NCBI RefSeq assembly: GCF_965263005.1
Contig: NZ_OZ253579.1
Location: 1,155,668-1,219,667, forward strand
Length of the DNA stretch: 64,000 bases
Reading direction: 5' to 3'
Origin: Candidatus Rariloculus sp.
GTDB lineage: Bacteria > Pseudomonadota > Gammaproteobacteria > Steroidobacterales > Rariloculaceae
The notes beneath the pieces are model-generated. The model did not search any database and had not been told where the DNA came from. It saw only the letters and a program-made list of their open reading frames with translations. Within the stretch, counting starts at the first letter, position 1. Each line of letters begins with the position of its first letter. Both the position numbers and the translations under genes were made by a program. Of the stretch, positions 36,478-45,928 are shown piece by piece.

Positions 36478-37656
36478 TCAAGCGCCGGGCACGAGCGAAT
36501 ACCGGGGATCGGCGAGGCGGCACTCGGACTCCGGCACGCCAAGTTCCCGGCGCACGACGTTCGTGCCCTGCACGAGAGCGGCCATCTTGTACAACGCGTG
36601 CCGCCGGCTCATGCCCTCGCGCCCCATGCCGCAGTCGGACGAAATGACGAGCCGCTCGGCCGGAATGTGCGTCAGGGATTCGCGAATGTGCTCGGCTACG
36701 GCGTCGACGCGCTCGACCTGCAGCGAGTGGTGATCGATCACGCCGATCGTGACCTTCATATCGGTAATCAACTCGCCGATCGCCTTGAGGTCCATGCCGC
36801 CGGAGCTCACGGATTCGAACGTGATCACGTCGGCGTCGACGCGGTTCAGGATCTCGAGCGCGGGCTTGTAGCTCTGCACCTCGGCGAACATCCGCTGCTG
36901 TGATGGGTTCCCCCAGCAGGTATGGCACCAGACTTCGGTCTTGTCCCTGAGCCCGCGGACCGTGTTGTTGAACACTTCAAGCATGTATTCGGGGTTGATG
37001 ACATCGTCGACGACGCCGCGCGCCGCGAGCAGGTGGACTTGCGGCTCCTCCATCTGGATGACGGGGCAACCCGCATCGGCAAGCAGGTGCAGCTCCTCAT
37101 TGAGTGCATCGCTGATCGCCCAGATGCGTTCGCGGATGTCCTTGTAATAGTGGTCCTGGACGGCGAACGCGACGAGTTCGGGTGTCACCGTTCCGAACTT
37201 GACGGGCTTGTGCGTCATCCTCTGGGCTGCTTTCCACATCTCCACGTATTGCAGGTCCCCGCGCCCGACCGGACCGACGATGGCCGGCATGACCCGCGCC
37301 TCGATGTAGTCGTGAAGAATGTGTCCGCGCGGGAAAGCGATGCCGCCGCCGCCAGGGGGCGCCGCCTTCGGGATGCCGTCGAATCCGGACATGTGAAACG
37401 GCGGATAGCTCGTCCAGCTCTGGCCGCCGATATCCGCGGTAAAGCGCACGTCCCCGTCGCTGCAGATATCGAGCCCGGCGATCGACTGCTGATTCAGATA
37501 GACTGCCAGCGCGTCCTCGTATTGCTCGCGAAAGCGCGTCTCGACCATCGCGGCCAGAAACGTCCGCTGGCCCAGGTTTTCCGTATACCAGCTCGGCCGC
37601 GGTAGCGAGCCCGTGACCGTCGTAGGTAGAATCCTGTCTGCCGTAGCTCCCAGCAT
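36478..37656 (-). CDS. cobalamin-independent methionine synthase II (MetE C-terminal-like) family protein
   Basis: ORF 36478..37782 was trimmed to MLGATADRILPTTVTGSLPRPSWY, the typical family N-terminus. It has the UROD/MetE-like fold with conserved metal ligands near HTCWG and SSDCGMG. Confidence 0.8.
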   Translation of the reverse strand: MLGATADRILPTTVTGSLPRPSWYTENLGQRTFLAAMVETRFREQYEDALAVYLNQQSIAGLDICSDGDVRFTADIGGQSWTSYPPFHMSGFDGIPKAAPPGGGGIAFPRGHILHDYIEARVMPAIVGPVGRGDLQYVEMWKAAQRMTHKPVKFGTVTPELVAFAVQDHYYKDIRERIWAISDALNEELHLLADAGCPVIQMEEPQVHLLAARGVVDDVINPEYMLEVFNNTVRGLRDKTEVWCHTCWGNPSQQRMFAEVQSYKPALEILNRVDADVITFESVSSGGMDLKAIGELITDMKVTIGVIDHHSLQVERVDAVAEHIRESLTHIPAERLVISSDCGMGREGMSRRHALYKMAALVQGTNVVRRELGVPESECRLADPRYSLVPGA

Positions 37657-37796
37657 TTTTTCGATACTCCCTGAAATGAATCGCCAACGAAGATAGGCTA
37701 TTGTAGAACCCATCGATCCAGGAACACTAACGCCAATGCGCTCCGGCCTTTCGTTCCGTCGTCGATAAGCCCCCCCGATCACACAAGGAGATTTGC

Positions 37797-38999
37797 ATGG
37801 ATTTGGGTCATGGCCTGGGTCTTTTGACCTACTCGACTCTCGTACACCCGGGCGACACCTGGGCGGAAATGTGGGAAAGTCTCACGACCTACGTTCCCCA
37901 GGTGAAGCAGCGCGTGTCGCCAAACGACCCGTTCGGCGTGTCGCTCAGAATCTCGGCCGCGTCGGCGCAGACGCTGACCGCAGACTCCGGCGAGCGGGCG
38001 CGGCTCAAGGCGTTTCTCGCCGACAACGACATGTATCTTTATACCGTCAACGCGTTCCCCTACGGACCCTTCAAGAACACGATCGTCAAGGAGCAGGTCT
38101 ACGAGCCCGATTGGCGCAGCGACGAGCGGGCCGTGTACACGATGCAGGTCGCCGATATCCTCGCGGAGGTCGCCCCACCGAACATTGAGCCGACGATCCA
38201 GAGTCCGCCGCTCGGCTTCAAGCCGCGAGTCACGGGTCCGGACGTCGTCGCCGCCTTCACGCGGCAGGTGATTCGCGTCGCCGCGCATCTCGTCAAGCTC
38301 CGCGAGCGCACAGGACGCAACGTGCGCCTGGCGCTCGAGCCGGAACCTGCCTGCTTTCTCGAGACGACGGACGAAGCCATCGACTATTTCACGAATCATC
38401 TTTATGCGCCCGTGTCGGCCGCGTCGCTGGCGCAACTGACGGGGTTGTCCAAGGCGGATGCTGCGGCGGCGCTGCGCAACCACCTGGGCATGGTCTACGA
38501 CATCTGTCACCAGGCCGTCGAATACGAAGACATCAGCGTGTCCCTGCAGCGCCTCGCTGATGCCGGCATCCCGGTCTTCAAGCTGCAGGAGGCAGCCGCA
38601 GTGCGCGTGCCCGAGGTTACCCAGGCGACTGTCGACTCGCTTCGCCGCTTCGCCGACACGGTCTATCTGACTCAGACCGTCGAGCGCCGGAACGGCAAGC
38701 TTGAGCGCTTTCTCAATCTCGAGGATGCGTTCGAGGCCTGGGAACGGGACCCTGGGCCTCGCGAGTGGCGCACGCACTTTCACGTGCCCGTATTTCTCGA
38801 CGACCTCGGCGACTTCAAGACCACGCGCTTTGCGATCGAGGATGCGCTCGCATTTCACAAAAAGAACAAGCTGTCGCCGCATCTCGAAATCGAGACCTAC
38901 ACGTGGGACGTTCTGCCGGAGCACTTGAAGACCGGCGACATCGTCGACTACGTCGTGCTCGAGATCGAGTGGGTGCGCGAGCAGCTCCTGGGCGCCTGA
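37797..38999 (+). CDS. xylose-isomerase-like TIM-barrel protein, EboE-like (about 400 aa)
   Basis: LLTYSTLVHPGDTWAEMWESL...VSPNDPFGVSLRIS...YLYTVNAFPYGPFK...VYEPDW resembles the pattern I recall for EboE (LxYCTNIHPGExW...FGxGLRLS...NGFPYGxFH...VYxPDW), and the length matches. The opposite-strand ORF 37779..39077 is a shadow. Confidence 0.65.
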   Translation: MDLGHGLGLLTYSTLVHPGDTWAEMWESLTTYVPQVKQRVSPNDPFGVSLRISAASAQTLTADSGERARLKAFLADNDMYLYTVNAFPYGPFKNTIVKEQVYEPDWRSDERAVYTMQVADILAEVAPPNIEPTIQSPPLGFKPRVTGPDVVAAFTRQVIRVAAHLVKLRERTGRNVRLALEPEPACFLETTDEAIDYFTNHLYAPVSAASLAQLTGLSKADAAAALRNHLGMVYDICHQAVEYEDISVSLQRLADAGIPVFKLQEAAAVRVPEVTQATVDSLRRFADTVYLTQTVERRNGKLERFLNLEDAFEAWERDPGPREWRTHFHVPVFLDDLGDFKTTRFAIEDALAFHKKNKLSPHLEIETYTWDVLPEHLKTGDIVDYVVLEIEWVREQLLGA

Positions 39000-39045
39000 C
39001 GCCCGCGCACTGCCGGATAAGGGAATCACTGAGGAGAACGACATC

Positions 39046-39924
39046 ATGGACGTTGGTTTCATTGGATTGGGCCGCATGGGCCAGGCGATTGCGGGCCGAA
39101 TTCTCGACGGCGGTCACGATCTGATCGTCTACAACCGCACGCGCTCGAAGGCCGGCGATCTCGAGCAGCGCGGCGCGAAGGTGGCAGAAACCATTGCCGA
39201 CGCCTGTGCCGGGCAGGAAGTCGTGATCACGATGCTGACCGACGACAAGGCGCTCGACGAAGTCGCTGGCGGTGGTTTGCTCGAGGCGCTGCCTGAAGGC
39301 TCGATCCACGTCCCGATGGGCACGCACAGCGTCACGGCGCTCGCCAAGCTCGCTGCGGCGCACGATGCTGCCGGACAAGTGCTCGTCGCGGCGCCCGTGC
39401 TCGGCCGTCCCGACGCCGCCGCGGCGGGTCAGCTCGGTGTCGTACCGGCCGGTCCGGCCGATGCGATCGAGAAGCTCGCGCCGCTGTTCGACATCATCGG
39501 CAGGCGCACGTTCGTCGCGGGCACGAACCCCGCGGGCGCGGCGGCGGTCAAGCTCGCCAATAACATGGTGCTCGGCTGCGCGATCGAAGCCATGGCCGAG
39601 GGATTTGCGTTGACGCGTAAATTCGGCGTGGCCCCGGCCGTATTCAACGAGGTGCTGACTGACGGGCTGTTCTCTGCACCGGCATACAAGGTTTACGGCG
39701 GAATCATTTCGGCCGGAGCCTACGATCAGGCGGGTTTCACGACCTTGCTCGGTCTCAAGGACTCGAATCTAATCCTCGCGGCCGGACACGCGGCCAGCGT
39801 GCCGCTGCCGAGCTGCAATGTCTATCGCGACCGGCTGCTTGGCGCCGTGGCGCACGGCGACGGCGAGCGCGATTGGGCCGTGATGGCGCGCGTTCAGGCC
39901 CGGGCCAGCGGATTGGAAGACTAG
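39046..39924 (+). CDS. NAD(P)-dependent oxidoreductase, 3-hydroxyisobutyrate / 6-phosphogluconate dehydrogenase-like
   Basis: The dinucleotide fold is MDVGFIGLGRMGQAIAGRIL. Downstream it has AAAVKLANNMVLG, the HIBADH family signature. The SD is GAGGAGA. Confidence 0.85.
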   Translation: MDVGFIGLGRMGQAIAGRILDGGHDLIVYNRTRSKAGDLEQRGAKVAETIADACAGQEVVITMLTDDKALDEVAGGGLLEALPEGSIHVPMGTHSVTALAKLAAAHDAAGQVLVAAPVLGRPDAAAAGQLGVVPAGPADAIEKLAPLFDIIGRRTFVAGTNPAGAAAVKLANNMVLGCAIEAMAEGFALTRKFGVAPAVFNEVLTDGLFSAPAYKVYGGIISAGAYDQAGFTTLLGLKDSNLILAAGHAASVPLPSCNVYRDRLLGAVAHGDGERDWAVMARVQARASGLED

Positions 39925-39975
39925 CGGCGGCAGTCGCGGCCTCTCATCCGCGGCGCCCCGGGGAGGAAGAAACTG

Positions 39976-41001
39976 ATGATCAATGCCGGCATTGTAGGTC
40001 TCGGATGGTGGGGCAGGACTCTGGTGGAGGCGGTGTCGGGTCAAAGCGACACGATGCGCTTCGTCGCCGGCGCTACGCGCACGGTCACGTCCGACGTCGA
40101 GCGCTTCGCAGGCGAGCACGATTTCGCGCTCAAGGAGAGCTATGACGATTTGTTGGCGGATCCGAACGTCGATGCCGTCGTGCTCGCGACGCCGCATTCG
40201 ATGCACGTCAAACAGGCCGTCGCTGCCGCCGCCCGGGGCAAGCACATCTTCTGCGAGAAGCCGTTCGCGCTTACCCGGGCCGGCGCCGAGGAGGCTGTCG
40301 ACGCGGTCCGTCGGGCTGGCGTCACGCTTGGGCTCGGCTATAACCGCCGTTGGCATCCGGAAATGATTGCGCTGCGCGAGCGCATCGCGTCGGGCGATCT
40401 CGGTGTCGTTTTGCACATCGAGGCGACGATGACGTTCCCGAACGCGCTCTTTCTGAAGCCTGAGGCGTGGCGTGCGAACAGGGAGGAGACGCCTTGCGGG
40501 GGCTTGACGCCGATGGGCGTGCACGCCGTCGACGGCATGATAGACCTCTGCGGGGAGGTCGAAGAGGTCTATTGCCAGAGTTTTCGCCGCGCCGTAGAGG
40601 TCGATGCCGACGACACGACGTCGATCCTGTTCAGAATGAAGGACGGCATGTCAGGCTATCTCGGTACCATGACGGCGACCGGCGGCGGCTTCAGCTTCCA
40701 GGTCTATGGATCGAAGGGCTTCGTCCGGCTCGAGGGTATGACGCACGTCGCAGGCGCACCTTCGGAGGAGCGGCGTACGCGGTTGTTCGGAAACTGTATC
40801 TTCAAGCCGGCAAAAGGTCCGGCGGAGATGTGGCAGGCCGAGCCCTGCGATGTCAGCCGCGCGGCGCTGGAATCGTTCGCGCTCGCGGCGCAAGGCGAAC
40901 AGCCGTTCCTGATCCCCACCGACGAAATGATCCACGGGGCAGCCGTGACGGAGGCCATCATCAAGTCGGCCGCGTCGCACCAGGTCACCAAGGTGAGCTG
41001 A
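39976..41001 (+). CDS. Gfo/Idh/MocA-family oxidoreductase
   Basis: The Rossmann start is INAGIVGLGWWG. VDAVVLATPHSMH...AAAARGKHIFCEKP is the family EKP motif. Confidence 0.85.
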   Translation: MINAGIVGLGWWGRTLVEAVSGQSDTMRFVAGATRTVTSDVERFAGEHDFALKESYDDLLADPNVDAVVLATPHSMHVKQAVAAAARGKHIFCEKPFALTRAGAEEAVDAVRRAGVTLGLGYNRRWHPEMIALRERIASGDLGVVLHIEATMTFPNALFLKPEAWRANREETPCGGLTPMGVHAVDGMIDLCGEVEEVYCQSFRRAVEVDADDTTSILFRMKDGMSGYLGTMTATGGGFSFQVYGSKGFVRLEGMTHVAGAPSEERRTRLFGNCIFKPAKGPAEMWQAEPCDVSRAALESFALAAQGEQPFLIPTDEMIHGAAVTEAIIKSAASHQVTKVS

Positions 41002-41054
41002 GCCGTCCGCGGAGCCAGACCGGGAATTCGAACAAACAAGCAAGGAGACTGACC

Positions 41055-41957
41055 ATGTATGTGCTACGCCATTCTTACCTGCCGCTCGCCCTTTTGCTTG
41101 CCGCGTCCGCGGCAGCACAGCCGAACTTCGAAGAGCAGATCGCAGTAACCGAAGTCACATCGCAGCAACTCGGCGAGGGCTTGCATGTGCTGTTCGGCGT
41201 CGGCGGAGCGATCGCGGCCTCGATCGGCGATCAGGGCGTGCTGATCGTTGACGATCAGTTTCCGGGAATGGTGCCGAAGATCAGGGCGAAAGTGCGCGAA
41301 CTCGGCGGCGGGGACATCGATTTTGCGATCAACACGCATTTTCACTTCGATCATGCCGACGGCAACCTGGTCCTCGGGCCGGAAGGCACGTGGCTCGTCT
41401 CGCAGGAGAACTCCCGCGAGAAGCTCACCGGGGACAACGTCATCAATCTCGTCAACCAGACCATCGATCAACCCGCCTATCCGGACGACGCCTTGCCCTC
41501 GATCACGTTCGAGCGGCATATGCGGTTTCATTTCAACGGTGAGCCGATCGACCTGCTGCATTTCGGGCCGGCGCATACGGAGGGCGACGCTGCTGTCGTC
41601 TTTCGAGGACACAACGCCGTGCACATGGGCGACGTGTTCAACAACGCGGGCTATCCGTTCATCGACGCCGATAACGGCGGAAGTCTTGCCGGCATCATCG
41701 CGTTTTGCCAAGGCGTGCTCGAGGAGATCGACGCGAACACGGTCGTCGTCCCGGGCCACGGAGCGATCGCCGACAGCGCGGCGCTCGAGGACTACGTCAG
41801 CATGCTGAGCACGATCCACGATCGTATCGCGGCGCTGATTACGAGCGGCGCGTCGCTCGAGCAGGTTGTCGCCGCGAGACCTACGGCGGAGTGGGACGAG
41901 GAGCGCGGCGATCCGGCGAGCTTCCTGAATCGTTCGTATACGAGCATGACGCGCTAG
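41055..41957 (+). CDS. secreted MBL-fold metallo-hydrolase
   Basis: ORF 40467..41957 was trimmed to the Met after the SD AAGGAGA. The signal peptide is LPLALLLAASAAAQP. The metal motifs are INTHFHFDHADGN and a later PGHG. Confidence 0.85.
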   Translation: MYVLRHSYLPLALLLAASAAAQPNFEEQIAVTEVTSQQLGEGLHVLFGVGGAIAASIGDQGVLIVDDQFPGMVPKIRAKVRELGGGDIDFAINTHFHFDHADGNLVLGPEGTWLVSQENSREKLTGDNVINLVNQTIDQPAYPDDALPSITFERHMRFHFNGEPIDLLHFGPAHTEGDAAVVFRGHNAVHMGDVFNNAGYPFIDADNGGSLAGIIAFCQGVLEEIDANTVVVPGHGAIADSAALEDYVSMLSTIHDRIAALITSGASLEQVVAARPTAEWDEERGDPASFLNRSYTSMTR

Positions 41958-42136
41958 CGACTTGCACCGCAGAAAATCGCGATAGCAAATCAGCAGCCTG
42001 ACGTCCTGCGGCGCAGGCTTCTGAGGAGCGACGCTGGGCGGGCGCGCGCAAGCCGCTTCAGCTCGGTGCATGCTCTTCGCGAACGACCAGTGCAACGCCC
42101 ACCGCCCGGAGCATGGCGGCCGCCAGACCTGGTTGA

Positions 42137-43501
42137 TCAGGAGACCGATTTCTTCCGCGCGGTGAGTTCGACGGACTCTCCTCGCCCAATGCCGAAATAG
42201 CGGATACCGCGGCGTTCGAGCTCGCCGGAATCGTAGAGATTGCGGCCGTCGAAAATGACCGGATTGGCGAGCGTCGCCTTGATGACGTCGAAGTCCGGGC
42301 TGTTGAACTCCCGCCACTCCGTCACGATGGCGAGCGCATCGGCGCCTTCGATCGCTTGTTCGGCGCGCTCGCACAGGTGCAGGTCGCCGCGGCCCGGATA
42401 GAGCCGCCGGGCCTCGTCCATCGCTACCGGATCGTAGGCGCGCACTTCTGCGCCCGCATCCCATAGTGCTTCCATCAGCACGCGGCTCGACGCTTCGCGC
42501 ATGTCATCGGTGTTGGGCTTGAACGCGAGTCCCCACAACGCGATCGTCTTGCCGCGTAACTCACCGGCGAAGTAGTGACTGATCTTCTCGAACAGCAAGT
42601 GCTTCTGACGATTGTTGACGTGCTCGACAGCCGACAGGAGTTCGAGCCGATAGCCGTGGGCGCTGGCCGATGCCGTGAGCGCTCTGACGTCCTTGGGAAA
42701 GCAGGAGCCTCCGTAGCCCGCGCCGGGATAGATGTATGCGTGGCCGATGCGGGGATCCGAGCCGATCCCGACCCGGATCTGCTCGATATCGGCGCCGACG
42801 AGTTCGGCGAGGTTGGCCATTTCGTTCATGAAGCTGATCTTGGTCGCAAGCATCGCGTTGGCCGCGTACTTCGTCAGTTCCGCAGATCGAGTGTCCATGA
42901 TCAGCATGCGGTCGTGATTTCTGTTGAACGGCTGGTAGAGCCCGCGCAACAACTCCGCCGTGCGGGGGTGGTCCGTGCCGACGACGATTCGGGCGGGTTT
43001 CATGAAGTCCTCGACCGCGGCGCCTTCCTTGAGGAATTCCGGGTTCGATACGACGTCGAATTCGCACGAGACGCCTCGCCGGTCCAGCGCCGTACCGATC
43101 TCGGCGCGGACCCGGTCCGCCGTGCCAACCGGGACGGTCGACTTGTCGACGACGACCCGATACTCCTCGATGTGCTCACCGATGGAGCGGGCAACCGAGA
43201 GCACGTGCGTGAGGTCAGCCGAGCCGTCTTCGTCGGGAGGCGTGCCTACGGCGATGAACAGGAACAGGCCATGTGCAACGCCGGCGCCGATGTCGGCGGT
43301 GAACCTCAGCCGGCCCGATCGCGTCGCTTTGCGGACGATCGTACCGAGCCCCGGCTCGTATATCGGAATCTCGCCGTGGTTCAGCCGCTCGATCTTTTCC
43401 TTGTCCACGTCGATGCACAGAACATCGTTGCCGGCATCGGCGAGACATGCTCCCGTGACGAGACCGACGTGGCCCGCGCCGAAAATGGTGACGTAGTGCA
43501 T
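42137..43501 (-). CDS. ugd: UDP-glucose 6-dehydrogenase
   Basis: The NAD fold is [21 protein letters not shown]. The catalytic block is [22 protein letters not shown] is also present. Confidence 0.9.
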   Translation of the reverse strand: MHYVTIFGAGHVGLVTGACLADAGNDVLCIDVDKEKIERLNHGEIPIYEPGLGTIVRKATRSGRLRFTADIGAGVAHGLFLFIAVGTPPDEDGSADLTHVLSVARSIGEHIEEYRVVVDKSTVPVGTADRVRAEIGTALDRRGVSCEFDVVSNPEFLKEGAAVEDFMKPARIVVGTDHPRTAELLRGLYQPFNRNHDRMLIMDTRSAELTKYAANAMLATKISFMNEMANLAELVGADIEQIRVGIGSDPRIGHAYIYPGAGYGGSCFPKDVRALTASASAHGYRLELLSAVEHVNNRQKHLLFEKISHYFAGELRGKTIALWGLAFKPNTDDMREASSRVLMEALWDAGAEVRAYDPVAMDEARRLYPGRGDLHLCERAEQAIEGADALAIVTEWREFNSPDFDVIKATLANPVIFDGRNLYDSGELERRGIRYFGIGRGESVELTARKKSVS

Positions 43502-43626
43502 GAATGGCCCGGTTGCGCTGAGAGATGCGCAAGCGTACTACACTCAAGATACTGCAAGCCGGCGCCGCGGCTCGGCTGATCGAAAACCGGTTCCGGGGGA
43601 GGGTGGCAGCTCGGCTCGCGGCACGC

Positions 43627-43655
43627 TTGCGATGGAACGGCAAGGCGCGGACAAT
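43627..43655 (+). promoter_or_regulatory. candidate sigma70 promoter for tRNA-Val (TTGCGA-17-GACAAT)
   Basis: TTGCGA lies at 43627-43632 and GACAAT at 43650-43655 with a 17-nt spacer. This ends about 16 nt before the mature tRNA 5' end. Confidence 0.35.
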
Positions 43656-43671
43656 GACCGGAATCCGGGAC

Positions 43672-43746
43672 GGGCGATTAGCTCAGCGGGAGAGCGCTGC
43701 CTTCACACGGCAGAGGTCACTGGTTCAATCCCAGTATCGCCCACCA
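43672..43746 (+). tRNA. tRNA-Val (anticodon CAC)
   Basis: GGGCGATTAGCTCAGCGGGAGAGCGCTGCCTTCACACGGCAGAGGTCACTGGTTCAATCCCAGTATCGCCCACCA folds as a cloverleaf. The anticodon stem is CTGCC/GGCAG with loop TTCACAC, and CCA is encoded. Confidence 0.9.
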
Positions 43747-43765
43747 CCAATTCAAGCCTCGAATA

Positions 43766-45178
43766 ATGACAGTCCGCACGCGGTTCGCACCGAGCCCTAC
43801 CGGCCATCTCCACATCGGTAGCGTCCGCACGGCGCTTTACGCGTGGTTGTTAGCCCGTCATCACGGCGGCGAATACATACTGCGGATCGAGGACACGGAC
43901 CGCGAACGCTCCACGCAGGAAGCCATCGACGCCATCCTCGATGGGTTGAGCTGGCTCGGTATCGATGCAGACGAAGGCCCCGTGTATCAGAGCCGCAGAT
44001 TCGATCGCCACGCCGAAGTCCTGCAGCGCCTGCTCGACCAGGACCTGGCGTATCGCTGCTATTGCAGCCGCGAAGAGATCGATGCGATGCGGGCCGAGGC
44101 GCAAGCGAAAGGCTTGAAGCCCCGCTACGATGGCCGCTGCCGCGATGGCTCGCGCGCCCGGGACGATGTCGCGCCCGTGGTGCGATTCAAGAATCCGCTC
44201 GAAGGCCAGGTCGTTGTCGACGACCTCGTCAAGGGTCGAATAACGTTCAACAACGCCGAACTCGACGACTTGATCCTTGCCCGTTCAGATGGCTCGCCGA
44301 CCTACAACTTCGTCGTTGTCGTCGACGACACCGACATGCGGATCAGCCATGTCGTCAGGGGCGACGACCACCTCAACAACACGCCGCGCCAGATCAATCT
44401 GTTTCGCGCCCTGCGCACCGAGCCGCCGGCATTCGCGCATCTGCCGATGATTCACGGGCCGGACGACACGAAGCTCTCGAAGCGTCACGGCGCGGTCGAC
44501 GTCCTCGAATACCGGAAGATGGGATTCCTCCCCGAGGCGCTGCTCAACTATCTGTTGAGGCTCGGCTGGTCGCGCGGCGATCAGGAGATATTCACGCTCG
44601 ATGAGATGATCGATCTCTTCGGGCTCGAAGCGGTGAGCCGATCCGCGGCGAGATTCGATCCGCTGAAGCTGCTCTGGGTCAACCATCAGCACATTCAATC
44701 GGTGGACGCGGGGCGCCTGGCCGAGCTGCTCGCAAGTCAGCTTCGCGCGCAGGGGCTCGATCCGGCCAACGGGCCGCCGTTGCCCTTGACGGTCAAGGCC
44801 CTGAGCGAACGCAGCCAGACCGTGCTTGAGATGGCCGAGCGCGCGAATTGCTATTACGGGGAGTTCGAGGAATTCGACGCCAAGTCTGCCAAAGCGCATC
44901 TAAGACCGGTTGCGCGCAATGCGCTTGCCGCGGTGCGCGAGACGCTTGAGATACTGGAAACGTGGACTGAGGAATCGGCCCAGGCGGCAGTCGAAACCGT
45001 CGCGGATCGCCTCGAGCTCAAGCTCGGCAAGGTCGCTCAGCCCCTGCGTGTGGCGTTGACGGCCAAGGCCGCGTCGCCCGGGATCGGGACGACGCTGATG
45101 CTCGTTGGCCGCGAGCGGGCGCTGCTCAGGATCGATCGGGCGCTTGCGTACATAGATGCGCGCGCCGCCGGGCAATGA
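43766..45178 (+). CDS. gltX: glutamate--tRNA ligase
   Basis: RFAPSPTGHLHIGSVRTAL is the HIGH motif. LSKRHG is the KMSKS-equivalent motif. The length is 470 aa. Confidence 0.95.
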   Translation: MTVRTRFAPSPTGHLHIGSVRTALYAWLLARHHGGEYILRIEDTDRERSTQEAIDAILDGLSWLGIDADEGPVYQSRRFDRHAEVLQRLLDQDLAYRCYCSREEIDAMRAEAQAKGLKPRYDGRCRDGSRARDDVAPVVRFKNPLEGQVVVDDLVKGRITFNNAELDDLILARSDGSPTYNFVVVVDDTDMRISHVVRGDDHLNNTPRQINLFRALRTEPPAFAHLPMIHGPDDTKLSKRHGAVDVLEYRKMGFLPEALLNYLLRLGWSRGDQEIFTLDEMIDLFGLEAVSRSAARFDPLKLLWVNHQHIQSVDAGRLAELLASQLRAQGLDPANGPPLPLTVKALSERSQTVLEMAERANCYYGEFEEFDAKSAKAHLRPVARNALAAVRETLEILETWTEESAQAAVETVADRLELKLGKVAQPLRVALTAKAASPGIGTTLMLVGRERALLRIDRALAYIDARAAGQ

Positions 45179-45211
45179 GTGCCTGTCGATGAGCGCCCGT
45201 CGACTGGCGCC

Positions 45212-45239
45212 TTGACCGATTTTGCCGCGGTGCTAGACT
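45212..45239 (+). promoter_or_regulatory. candidate sigma70 promoter for the tRNA-Ala/tRNA-Glu pair (TTGACC-16-TAGACT)
   Basis: TTGACC lies at 45212-45217 and TAGACT at 45234-45239. This is about 20 nt upstream of the tRNA-Ala 5' end. Confidence 0.45.
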
Positions 45240-45259
45240 GCAACCGCTCAATCGACCGA

Positions 45260-45335
<76 letters not shown>

Positions 45336-45352
45336 ACCCTCTATCAACAGAC

Positions 45353-45428
45353 GTCCCCATCGTCTAGAGGCCTAGGACACCGCCCTTTCACGGCGGCAAC
45401 CGGGGTTCGAATCCCCGTGGGGACGCCA
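45353..45428 (+). tRNA. tRNA-Glu (anticodon UUC)
   Basis: GTCCCCATCGTCTAGAGGCCTAGGACACCGCCCTTTCACGGCGGCAACCGGGGTTCGAATCCCCGTGGGGACGCCA folds as a cloverleaf. The anticodon loop is CTTTCAC and CCA is encoded. Confidence 0.9.
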
Positions 45429-45465
45429 CTGTGAGACGGTCCATTCCGGGCACATGGTTTACAGT

Positions 45466-45727
45466 TTATTCTGGAGACATGGTTAACACTTTCTCCGGCA
45501 CGAAGGGATTGGGTGCGGGTTCGACGCGGCCCTCATCCTGATCAAAGAATCCTGAATCATGGCCGAGGAAGCTGACCAGCCAAATCCGGTCCTCGATCTC
45601 GCGGACGCCCACCACTTGGCCGGCGAAGTCCTGGCTAAGGTTGATTCTCCGTTTGCCGATGCACATGCGCGCGGACCGAATGAACGGGGAGGGGCAGCGC
45701 GCCGTTCGAATTCGACCGTAGGGTCAG
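45466..45727 (-). pseudogene. transposase remnant (C-terminal end of an rve/DDE integrase-core transposase, IS481/IS3-like)
   Basis: CIGKRRINLSQDFAGQVVGVREIEDRIWLVSFLGHDSGFFDQDEGRVEPAPNPFVPEKVLTMSPE matches the conserved C-terminal tail of this transposase type (..IWLVSF..YDLGFFD...VEP..NPF..KVLPMSP). The frame opens directly after a TGA at about 45727. No catalytic core or inverted repeats were seen. Confidence 0.55.
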
Positions 45728-45928
45728 GAGCTACGACCTGCGCTAGGCACGAGGACCGTTGCCGACGCGGTATCGGCACGGAAATCAGCAATACTTGATC
45801 GAACGCAACCCGCGCGATCACCTACCGCGCTACCCCCCTTCATTTCGCTATAACCAATTTTTGAGTCTGATCAGGGAATAGCATCGGGGTATTGAGTATT
45901 TGTGTAATACTGTGATATTAAAACTGGT

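Noticed and set aside
37779-39077. A 432-aa minus-strand ORF competing with the plus-strand 37797..38999 ORF.
   Set aside because: The plus-strand product has a coherent TIM-barrel/EboE-like sequence and a sensible start. The minus-strand translation is low-complexity (R/D/V/L-rich) with no motifs.
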